Source: Takakia lepidozioides (taxonomy: Eukaryota > Plantae > Bryophyta). Taken from it: a DNA stretch of 64,000 nt. Shown here one piece after another: positions 49,701-61,177 of this stretch. The stretch's first letter is position 1. Each line of letters begins with the position of its first letter. A program made the translations under genes and the position numbers. The stretch covers positions 60,574,001 through 60,638,000 of the forward strand of contig CM060734.1 of NCBI GenBank assembly GCA_030704615.1. The letters run 5' to 3'. The notes under the pieces were generated by a model, which did not search any database, was not told where the DNA came from, and saw nothing but the letters and a program-made list of their open reading frames with translations.

Positions 49701-52700
49701 CCAACCCAAACTCCTTCTCCTATAACCTCTAAACCCCTTCACTTCTCTCTCTTTACTACAGCCAATGTCAGTAAGGCAATCAAGAAGCTGCAAAATGGCA
49801 GAGCGGTGGACATTTCAGGACTTCAGAGTGAATTCATCAAGCATGCTGCACCTACTTTAGCCCCTTTTATAGCTAACCTCTTCAATGAGGTGGTGCAACG
49901 GGGCTTTCCAACAGAGTGGACAAAGAGCATCATCCACCCACTTTTTAAGAGCGGTGACAGGTTCGCACCGACAAACTATCGTACTATCATGGTGTCCTCA
50001 TTACTTGCTAAACTGTTTGGGGCAGTAGTGGCCATGGAACTGGATGATTGGGCTGAGTACTCTCGCATTCGTGCTGAGGGACAGGCTGGTTTCCGTCGAA
50101 ACCCATCCACTATTGACCACATCTTCACTCTTCAAGTTATGGTGGAAAGTGCACGCTATGACAAAAGAATGGTCTATGTTTGCTTCGTGGACTTTCACAA
50201 AGCCTTTGATTCAGTTCCTCGGGACCTTCTCTTCCAACGGCTCCATAGAGTGGAAGTCCCTCCAGACATCCTTTGTGCCATCTCTTCTATGTATGAGATT
50301 GTCACTGGCATGGTCAACGTCGCTGGTGAATTCTCAGCCGAGATCCACAGCAACATTGGAGTCAAACAGGGCTGCCCGCTTTCACCTACCCTGTTCGGGA
50401 TCCACATTGACGCCTTGGAGAATTCCATATCAAAAAACCATGGGGTTGGGGTCCCATTGGATGGGGGACCAACCCAATCAGATCTCCTCTATGCTGATGA
50501 TGTTGCCCTTTTGGCACAATCCCCGGTCTTTCTGCAACGCCATCTCAAAATTTTGGAACAGTTCTGCAAAGACTATGGGATGCAGGTCAATCTTAGCAAG
50601 ACCAAGATCATGGTCTTCAATGGCCAGGCTGATCGTAGATTCATCTTCAACCAGCAGGAAATTGAGATTGTGAAATCATACCGGTACCTAGGTCTGGTTA
50701 TCCACTCCCCCAAGTTTCACTTTGCAGCCACTGCCTTGGACAGGTTGACTAAAGGTAAGGCGGCCTCCGTCCGCCTTCAGGCCAAATGCAAGCAAATACA
50801 TCTGCGGCATCCCCGACCACAAAAGTGGCTGTTTGCTACCATCTATGGTTGTGAGTTCTGGGCACCTGGTGTCCCTGTCTCCTGGTGGGAAAAGAATTTG
50901 GAACCATTACAGTCATCTTTTCTCCAAGCAATGCTTGGCGCCAGGAGCACAACTCCATCTCAGATCCTAGGTGCAGAGTTCGCATGTGTACATTGCAATC
51001 CGAGGCCCTCTTCAGGCTTACAATCTTTCTCCATAGATTGCAGGCCCTTCCACCCAAAGGGCTAGTGGCAAGGGCCCTCACAACATCTATGAGGCTCAAA
51101 GCTGCAGGTTTCAGGAACTCCTGGTATGCTCGAGTGGACAGTTTATTTCAACGTAACGGACTTTCTACTGCTTTCCTATTACCAATGAACCCAGATGAGG
51201 TGGACATCACATCCAGACATGACCGCAACAGACTCATTCGGAGATGACCCTGTGTACCAGCGGGTCATGACATGCTACCCAATCTCACGACAAAGCTCCA
51301 CTTCTATCGAGAGACATTCTTGGTGCTCCGCGATGATAGAATCTTGAGACCAAATTACCTTTCAGCACCCTTATCTTCTTCCCTCTTGAGGGCATTGGGG
51401 CGGTTCAGGGTGGGTTCCCACAACCTACGGATAGAGACTGGCAGATGGGAAAACCTGCAACGGGAGGACCGCCCATGTCCAGCTTGCATAGGGCGCAGCA
51501 AGGAAATTGAAACTGAAGAACACTTCTTCTTCTACTGCCCTCTATACTACGAGATCCGTGGGAGATTCCACTGTTTATTCAGTGGAACCCAAACTCTCAC
51601 TGATGTCTTTCACTGTGAGGATCAAAAATGCGTGGCAGCCTACCTACACGAGGCCTTCACCCTTAGACAATCGCTAGAACATTAATTGTGGTTTCTGGAT
51701 TTGTTCCTCTCTCATATTTTCTTCCATTTTGTCCCATAAGCTCTACGAGCTTTCCGCGAACGTTATAAAGCACCATTTCATTTCATTTCATTTCTTCTCC
51801 ACATTGCACAATGAAGTCCAAACAAGAGTAACCTGCAGAATTACCCAATTGGGATAAAGGAAGCCTATGTGCACAATCTGTGGACTTGAGGTGAGAACAT
51901 TTTCTGATGCAGGTGAAGTGGGCATCTTCCAGGGAGTAAAAGACTGTAACTGCACTTCTTTAGGCTCATTGCAATGCTCTAGACAATACTCTAAGATATG
52001 ACCCTCCTTATGTCTGTATTCTGGGGCACGTTTTCTGGAGGCAAATCTGGAAGGGCAGCATCAACTGCAGAAAGGTAGGTGCCACCACTGGAGTGAGCCT
52101 CCCCTGATGGCAGCTGCCATCCCTCTCCCCACCCTCACCTCTTTCCTGGTCTGTTAAAATTTGGAGTGTAGCCTACATTGCCACAAGGTATGATAAGAAA
52201 GTCCAGGGGTAAAATCTCTTGCTGTCTTTTGCTCCGTAAATCGCTGGATATTAAACCTTCTTTCTGTCTTACTTTGACTGAAAAATAACTAATGTGTAAA
52301 TACCTACGATTACCCTTCATAGTTCATCATCTGTGACAAACTCCGTCTTACGAGTAACACCCACAGGTGATGATGATCACATTTATCACGCTGAGGTCCT
52401 TATAAAACTACACACTCAAGGACTTCTGCCACATATTTACATGCACAAAAACATACCTCCGACCGAAGGGAGAGCTGGGCCTCTTTGAAAAGACAAAACA
52501 ACTCCTTCACCTGGACACACAATCACCATTGCACTCCATTCATGCTCCCTTGCCCACTTCCTGAAAAGTCCTCAAGCAAAAAGCATGACTGTTGTTTCCT
52601 CAGTGAGTGAACAATCACACGAGCCCAAGTCTCAGCAAACTATACCAAACTTCTGACAAATTGCCAGCTCAAACAGCACGTTTGTAGATGGCAGCTCCAT

Positions 52701-55700
52701 CATTTACATGGATATGAAGTGAGCTATGTCACTAGATGTGGCCTTCCAAGAATAGATTGTAATAGAGAATATCCACCATTTTATGGTCTTCTTCATGTAT
52801 ATCTTACTAGTATCTCTCCCTCACTCTGTTCACACGCAGAGCTTTGACAAGGCGGATTGCTTAAAAAAATTGAATGAACCTGTTTCAAGTTTTCAATGGG
52901 AATGTTGTCAATTTCCCCTTGATCCGAAAGAAACGCCTGAATCCTATCCCTAAGCTGAGCCTTCATCTCCTCCCTGCCACCCTAAACACTTCTGTTCATT
53001 GACAGACCCTATTGTTAATAGGCTCTGAGAGGGTTCATAGACCTATAACCATGGTGGTATGCTGTTGCGAGTATGGTCTAAAGGGGTTGCTGGCAAGTGA
53101 TCAATTTTGATGAAGTTGCCAAAGCTGCATCATGCCACAGGGCCCAGTAGCAGTCTCTTTTCTTCCAACACTTTTCCTTAAGGACATTCAGTCCCTCCCA
53201 TTTTTTAATTTAAACTTTCAGACGTCCTTGCCATTGTGAACAAAACTGCATCTCGCCCCTTTCTGTACAATGTTCCTTGTAATCACTATGATTGTTCTAA
53301 AGCCAAGAGGAAAGGGCTTTGAGGCACACCCAGAGGCTGTTAAAACATAAAGGCAAAATTAGTAGGATGATAGTTAATAACACTCCTCTTTCCTACACAC
53401 ATGACAGTAGCTGCAACAACAAATTGGAACTCATGTACTTCAGGTCTTCCGTGTTAGTTGAAAAATCCACATGACGTCAATAAAGAGGAGAACGTACGTC
53501 AAATCGTCATAGGAGATGTTAGGATGGCCAAAGAGAGCATCCTTAAGAGCCAACTCCTGCTTGAGGTCTGAAATCTCTCTCACATATCGCCTGCCAACCA
53601 CCACCAGAAAATTTTTAAACTTCCTTAAACCCCCTGACCCTCTCACTCATTTGGGAATTTGAATCACCCCATTACAGCAGTTAACCAAAAGAGGAAATCC
53701 AAATGCGTGCCGAGTTCAACACTTGACAGTGCTCTTTCCCTCTCTTCTACACCCAAAAACTCTTTGTAACACACCAGTCACAAGATAGAACGCTAGAGGT
53801 GCAGCACTGGAGTCCACCACAAGCCCTCTAGCTTTCTGGTTGCACCAAAATTAGAACACATTAACAGAATGTACTCAAAAGATGCTTGCCCTAGCCTTGT
53901 GGCCTTAGATCATGTGCCCAGTTTGGCCGGAACAAGAGGCGAACACACTAAGACATTTAGAAAGAAGAAGAAAAGAAACTTTTTAACGTCCACAGGGGAC
54001 CCTGACCTGAAGTAGAGGAGAAGCACTAGATGACCTCAAACGCACCTTAGCAAGCCCAGAGAAGCCCACCCCAGCAGGCAAAGAAACACTCCAAGCCCAG
54101 ACAGAGCAGGGAAGCGTGGTTGAATGAACCAGCTCAGAAATTCTATGCCAGCGGAAGGCAGAGACCGTATTCACTCTCACAAGGTTCTTTATGTTGGGGG
54201 AAGAGGAAAGGTCGGGAACACCCCAGATCAAATTCATAGAAACCAGAGGCCTCGACCTTGGTAAACCGTAGGCAGGGCCAGGGACAGAAGGAACACACAT
54301 GCGACAACAGCCCAGGGGAGGGTGCTTGAGTAAACCAATTCCCAGGAATGGCAGCCAGGAGAGGAGCAAGCCACATACACCAGTAAGAGTCACCCATAAC
54401 CAGCAGCAGCCAACCCAGACAGAACTGGATAGAGGAACCCACACCAACTACAGCAGCCAGCAGCAGCCTTTACCATGACGAACGGTAAAGGCCAAGCAAT
54501 GCAACCTACCAATGCAACCTACCACTACAACTTTCTCAAACACAAAGCAGCAAAAGAGACATGTAAGTTTGTTGGGAGTTCAGCAGGGTGCTAACTTGGA
54601 CAATGTAAGCAACAAACACAAAAATATCTTATTTAACCAATGAGGTAATCATTTGATCCTATCCTGACTTTTCCGGTAGCACTATCGCAAGGCAAACTCA
54701 AGTCACGACACCACCCACCAGTTGACTATGAGGAAAAGTTGATACAAACCTATGCAAACAAAGGAAGTTGTGTTTGGTGAGTTGAAGATGTGGGCAAGAA
54801 CCTTTCAGTGCTTGCATAGTCCATCTTCTTATTGATGACTGCAGTCGTTCTCAGAAACTTAACTCGTTGCGCAAACCTTAAACTACTAATCTGTCCATGT
54901 CACAGGGAGTTTGCTATATCTCTGTCAAGGTAATGAGAGATTTTTCACCTTCTCTCTTGGCTGCAAGACTCGCTAAGACAAAGGGTGCCCCCACCTCCTG
55001 CCTCCTTACTAAATTTCAATCCACACCAAATTTTGGGTTCTTTTCTCTGTACATATTGTCCAACGTTCTAGATTTGTTCTAGATGTTCTAGACAGGAAAC
55101 TTTCAAAACATATCCCCATATTGAAGCTCCAAGTCCCCTTATTGAAGCTCCAAGTGTGCCAAAAACAGTAGTGGAATCCGTGGGAGCTGAGTTTTCAGAT
55201 GGAGCTGGTCACAGCAGTAGAACCTATTCAGTTTCACGATATCAACCTTCAAAACTATGTCTCTGCAATAACTACGTAGAAGTGACAATTACAGCCAAAA
55301 CAGGAAAACTCGCAAGAGTGACCATCATCTCCCTCAAAGGTAATGTGGGGTTACCGTCTCATCCAAGAAGTAGTCTTCTGGCCATGCGCACACAATCAAA
55401 ACTGTTTTGCAATTACCGCCCAGAGCATCTCTTAGCAGGGTAGTGAGACGGCTCTGTCGGAAAGGGACATAGTCTTGCCCTAGTCTTAGAGCATGTACCG
55501 CCTGCACCCATTATGTTTTCAAGCATACGTTTGATTCTAATTGGTAGACCACTATCACAAGGTTGCACTTACTGGCACAAATCATGGAAAGAGCCAGAAA
55601 CAATGGCCTTACACATGTACATGTAATCACAGTAACACCCAGAGACATATACCATGGTACCTATTTGAAGCTATTCAAGATCAAGCTACTTGCCCCACTG

Positions 55701-58700
55701 GATTTTCTGAAAGTCACCACTTGGCTCCTCAAATATTTTACAAGGAAACTGGCTATGAAGCCCCAACCAGGATTCATCTCAGTTGGCAGGCATCAAGGCT
55801 GCTCCTTTTTCTAAGAGGTCTACATCTGTAGCTTCCCTAGCATGTAGAAAAGTGCAAGGGGTGACCAAACAGGCAGCATGCAAGAAATGGATTGCAACAT
55901 AATCTTGCATTCCCAATAAGATTCGTGGAATGTTCATCATGTGTCCATCATTTCCGGACGTTGCGATGCAAGTTGCAAGGATGCAAGTACCTGCTCAAGG
56001 AATGTGAGGGACTTATTGATAGCCACGGCATCCTTCTTGGTTTGGCCTCCAACATCTATTCCCTTTTTCAATCGTTCAGCACCAGCTAAATCTACAAGAT
56101 TCAACTTTGCCACTGTCACATCCTGCAACGTCCTAACTCCCACACGTCGCTCAATGTACAATGTGAGCACACAATGCGACCTGCTTGACATCTGCCAGCA
56201 GTAGAGATTGCAAAAGTTAACTTTCAACAATGGATCCATAAGTCTACTATCTATGATTAATACTTCTGTTGGAAGAGCCTTAAAAAGAGGTGTTGGTGAT
56301 ATGTGCCGAAAATCACTCCTACTCTCCATCAACAAACCTCCCTACAAATAAACTCTTCCTAAGGCAGAATTTCTTCGAGGTGCAACTTTCACGTAGCAGT
56401 CCCTAACCAGGAAAGCTGGTGGTGGGGAGGCTGTTTGTGGGGATGTTGAAAGTGCTGCCAAAGATATATACTGACATTCATGCTTGCACTACTAGAGGTG
56501 ACCATCAAGAACCAGGATCCAATGTCCATGACCAGACAAATAGGGTGTCTTAAGCAAAACCATGAAACCGTGAAACCAACAGAAATCAATGATTCTACAA
56601 GGCAGCAACTAAGTTACCACTAGTTGTTCTAATATAATAGCAAACCTGTCAGTCTTAGAGTTCAAAGACAAACATCTGTTTAAGTAGCAACTAAGTCTCC
56701 ATGGTCCTTTGCCTACATTTGAAGATATTGTAGAGGATTGAATAACAATGTGGCGACGATTTGTGTTTTGTTAGAGCATGCAAGGGGGCACCAACTGCAA
56801 CTAAAAGTTCCTGACTCATAAATTTAACATGATTTTATCCAGTTTTTAATGTTGGGATGGTACTCTGAACTACCACTTGATCGTACTCCCCTAAATCATT
56901 TAAGGTGAGTGCTGAACTGAATTTTCAACATCAGAAACAATACAAACCTGATTGAGAGTGTGAGGAGCAAAAGATCTGTTTTTCTCGCCTTCGAAAAAGA
57001 GTCTCAGAGTTTCTTCTTCATTTTCAACTGTCACCTTGTTCAATCCCCTAATCTCTACGAGGCCATTCTCCTCCATAGCCATCAGGCAACCTGATGGTCC
57101 CTGGCCTTTTACTGGCAGAAGGTCATAAATGCCCTGCGTTGTGCTCAATCAGTTTAGGACCACACAAAGAATAAAGGAGAAAAGAAATAAGGAAAAAAGA
57201 AGAAAAGATGTCCAAAGATGTCCTGATATCCAAAGAAATGAAATGAAATGAAATGGCGCTTTCTAATGTCCACGGAAAGCTCAAAGAGCTTATGGGACAA
57301 AATGGAAAAAACAAGGGAGAGGAAACAAAACCAGAGCCAAAAAACAGCCGAAAAGCAACTACTGCTCGAAGAAAGAAGGAAATTAAATGAAATGGTACTT
57401 TATAAGGTCCGCGGAAAGCTAAAAGAGCTTATGGGACAAAATGGAGAAAACAAGAGAGAGAAAACAAAACCAGTGCCAAAAAACAGCCCAAAAGCAACTA
57501 CTGCTCAAGGGATTGTCTAAGGGTCAAGGCCTTGTGCAGGTAAGCTGCCAAGCATTTCTAATCCTCATAGTGGAAGACTTCAGTGAGAGATTGAGTTCCA
57601 CGGAATAGACAGTGGAATCTCCCACGGATCTCATAATATAGAGGGCAGTAAAAGAAGTGTTCTTCAGTTTCAATTTCCTGGTTGTGCCCGGTGCAAGCTG
57701 TGCATAGGTGGTCTTCCCGTTGCAGGTTTTCCCATCTACCAGTCTCTATCTGTAGACTGTGGGAGCCCACCCTGAACCGCCCCATGCCCTCAGGAGGGAA
57801 GGAGATAAAGGCCCCGAAAGGTGAATGGGCCGCTAGATTCTATCATCACGGAGAACCAAGAATGTCTCTTGATAGAAATGGAGTTTTGTTGTGAGATTGG
57901 GTAGTTTCCAAGTTCTCCTGACATGTAGTTCCATAAGTTCCCTTCTAATGAGTCTGTTGCGATCCTGTTTGGATGTGATTTCCACCCCTTCTGGATTTTG
58001 TGGCAATAGCAAAGCAATAGAGAGTCCATTGCCCTAAAAAAATCTGCACACTCGAGCATACCGGGAGTGCTTGAAACCTGCTGTGTCGAGCCTCATAGGT
58101 GTTGCGAGGGCTCTTGCCACGAGCCCCTTGGGTGGGAGGGGCTTGTAACCTCTTAAGAAAGATTGTAAGCCAGAAGAGGGCCTCGGTTTGAAGTGGCACG
58201 CATGCAAACTCTGCACATCATTGAAAACCATGATCTTAGTTTTGCTAAGATTGACTTGCAACCCATAGTCTTTGGAGAACTCTTCCAGGATGCGAAGATG
58301 GCGTTGCAGGAAGACAGGAGATTGTGCCAAGAGGGCCACATCATCAGCATAGAGGAGATCTGATTGCGTTGGTCCACCATCCAACGGCACCCCAACTCCA
58401 TGGTTTATTGAGATGTAACCCTCCAAAGCGTCAATGTAGATCCCGAAAAGGGTAGGTGAGAGGGGGCAGCCCTGTTTGACCCCAATGTTGCTATGCACCT
58501 CTGCTGATAGTTCCCCCGCGATGTTGAACATGCCAATGACAATCTCATACATGGAAAAGATGGCATATAGGATGTCCGGAGGAACTCCCACACTACTGCC
58601 CCAAACAGTTTAGCCAGTAACAAAGACACCATAATTGAGTGAGAATTTACTCATAAGGCATTGTTTGAGAATGTACTCATAAGACGTTGTTTGCCGTACT

Positions 58701-60809
58701 TGTGGCCATTGACCCCACACCCCAGTTTGAGCGGAACATAAGGGGACAGAACCTACCTTTGTCAGGGGCTGACGTCGGTAGTAAGACTTAACTTGGAATA
58801 AACAGTTGATCCGGGTTTTCCAGATATCCTCTAGAAATCCCTTTACACAAGCGCCCGCCTTGTTATAGGCATCTTTGAGCATGATGTTGGCCATTTCCTG
58901 CTGTGACGTTTGGTCTATCAAAGCCCCAATGCCTTGAGCGAACAGAGAGAGAGAGAGATAGAAAGAGGCACCCTACAACATCCACAAGGGGCCAGGCCCA
59001 TCAGACAGAGTAGAACAAGAAAAAAACTTTCGAACCACAAAAATTGTCACCCAAGACAAAGTGCCTCTGCAGGTAAGCTGCCAGACGGTTCGGGTCCTCA
59101 AAGCTGAAGGCATCTGTTAAAGACTGCGCATCTTTACAGAATGTAATGTTTTCCGTAACGCTGTGACCATAGACCCTGCACCCAGTTTGGGCCGAACAAA
59201 AGCGAACAGACACTACCTTTGTGAGGGGCTCACTCCAGCAGCGCGTCTTTAAAAGAGAGTGAAAGAGATAAACTACAAAATACACCAGACTTCTCTGAAC
59301 ACTAACTGCCCAAGAGAGACATTGTCTACTGCCAGACAAGGCAATACTAGACCAACAGGTTTTATCGTTGAGGAGCAAATATTACAGAGGCTTCACTAAT
59401 CAGGTCCATTATAAGGGGTCAATCCTGCTGGAGCTGAACATCTGAAAAGCTGACTTGAACTGAAGATAGGCTAGGGTGGCAAAATGGATTTCAGCTAGAA
59501 CCACAGGTAATCCTCAATCAACGTACAATCTCTGTCCAACTCACATGCAGCACATCTAAGGTTGCAAAACACCAACTTTTTCTGGCTGTAGTTGGCGATT
59601 TTGCCTTCAGAAAGTACATCACAACATCAAATACTAAAATTGGTTTGAATGATAGACGAACCTCATTGTACACCTCAAGATAGGACATTTGCACAACGAT
59701 GCCTGCCTCAGGCTTAGACTCCTTCTCTTCAAAAATTCGACGCACAGCCCTTGGGAGAATCCCTGTGTGTGCATATACCTGCTCTGACAATCCTTCAGTG
59801 TTCTGTTCTTCATCCTTACATAATGTTGCCATTAAAAACTCTCAGGTTCATAGCAAATTATATCCTGACTGCTGTTGCGGTTCGTGCAACAAAGATGCTT
59901 CCAATTAGTTCACTTTGTGGCAACCTTAGCAAGCATTGGCTGATGCTGCTCCCGTTACCTACATTTTCTTTATTAGGAGAGCAGGCTTGTGCACTCTGTG
60001 TGCATATTGGGACCCGAAATTGTCAAACGCAAAGAAGCTTGTGAATGTGAATGAGAAGTGACCTTCATGTCACCGGTCATGGTAAAGGTTTTTCCCGATC
60101 CAACTTGACCGTATGCCATAATGGTGCCGTTGTACCCACCCAGCACATCTTCTACTACTTGCCTTGCACACAATTCGAACACAGTCTCCTGACTGGTTGT
60201 CTGCAAAAAGATGCATGCCATCCCCACATAGCATTCAGTTTCTGATGCAAACTGCTACAACACATATTTCGAGATCGCCTCCTTCCAAATCTAAACCAGA
60301 TCAGATCATGTGAAACTTGAACCAACATATCTCCAACACAGGAATCCCTCAGAGAGAGACAAATTGCAGGCACACCAATTTCACTACTGCTGGTTGTTTA
60401 CAACTATCCCGGAAAATTCCCGAAATTTCAAAGCCATTGGGCACGGACCACATACGTAACAACCACTGAAAACTCCACCTTCGACAGGAAAAATCTTGGC
60501 TGGCATTGAAGAAGATGCTTACGATACATCGATTTTGCAAAGCAGAAAAAATGCAACCAGAAAATATGCCACGGAGGGAAGGTACATCTGCCGCAAAGAC
60601 TCATCGATCCTAACCTGAATTATGCTGTCTAGAGAAAACACTATCTGGTCGTTGTAACACCTGGGAGGCCCTCCTCCATGATGTTTCTGGACATCAATTC
60701 GAACCGTGCCGTTCGCTTCGTCAATGTGAATGGCGGGAGAGGGCTTTGAAGATGGCCTCATCCGCAAGTGCACCCTCACTCTGCATCCTGGCTCCCCATG
60801 GGATGGCAT
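43730..60809 (-). CDS. Kinesin-9 (KIF6/KIF9-like) motor protein. Motor exons 60809-60615, 60200-60063, 59778-59662, 57133-56948, 56191-55991, 55501-55355, 54890-54802; tail exons near 53590-53498, 52970-52880, 52510-52457, 46450-46301, 45800, 44235-44152, 43790-43730; 3' end unresolved
   Basis: [70 protein letters not shown]; tail [12 protein letters not shown] and GTAPPDARP resemble kinesin-9. Confidence 0.85.
44700..45115 (-). mobile_element. RTE-X-like LINE 3' fragment
   Basis: [26 protein letters not shown] plus 3' UTR and ATTTC tail homologous to 51470-51793. Confidence 0.85.
46608..47021 (-). repeat. Inverted copy of the LINE ORF1 coiled-coil region (47403-47817)
   Basis: [11 protein letters not shown]...[10 protein letters not shown] is encoded on both strands with a few substitutions. 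Confidence 0.92.
47030..51793 (+). mobile_element. Near full-length RTE-X-like LINE in a kinesin intron
   Basis: ORF1 47158-48341 (stop at 47323, frameshift ~47980; coiled coil and YLNDDLTP). ORF2 48345-51685: APE (SWNCNG, GDFNAR, VVDY, SDH), RT (QGCPLSP, YADD), C-terminal [19 protein letters not shown]. (ATTTC)n tail. Confidence 0.92.
53960..54480 (-). mobile_element. Probable LINE 3' fragment of a second family
   Basis: Ends in a CTT-rich tail; degenerate coding-like remnant. Weak. Confidence 0.35.
57235..58632 (-). mobile_element. Internally deleted RTE-X-like LINE fragment with a duplicated 3' UTR
   Basis: [32 protein letters not shown]; two stacked 3' UTRs with ATTTC tails. Confidence 0.88.
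59010..59135 (-). mobile_element. Short RTE-X-like 3' fragment
   Basis: [20 protein letters not shown] is homologous to [20 protein letters not shown]. Confidence 0.6.
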
Positions 60810-61177
60810 GTTTCAAGTTGTGCTATGTCACTCTCTATGAAATGGATTAGAGACGCTACTCAGGGAGGGAATCCATCGCTGGGGCTGCAAACATGTATCC
60901 GATGGAACGGCATAATCTTGACTAAGAAGAAGAAGAAGAAGGGCTGGAGGGGGGAGATCGGATACGTGACCACAATGGAAATCGGACAGCAGTTGGCTTC
61001 AATCGGCTGAACGATCTGTTGCCAGGTGCGTGCTGGGATGAGAATGGCGAACGAATGACAAAGCCCTCGGCGAGTCATGGATCCCGAGCTCATCGTGTTC
61101 AGCGGAAGCATGCAGAGGGGAAGGATGCTACCTGTTTGCAATGCGTTGCATGGATATGCATAGAGATTCTGGTTGCG
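60810..61177. promoter_or_regulatory. Putative bidirectional promoter between kinesin-9 and uL18
   Basis: Divergent ATGs only 368 bp apart. Confidence 0.55.
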
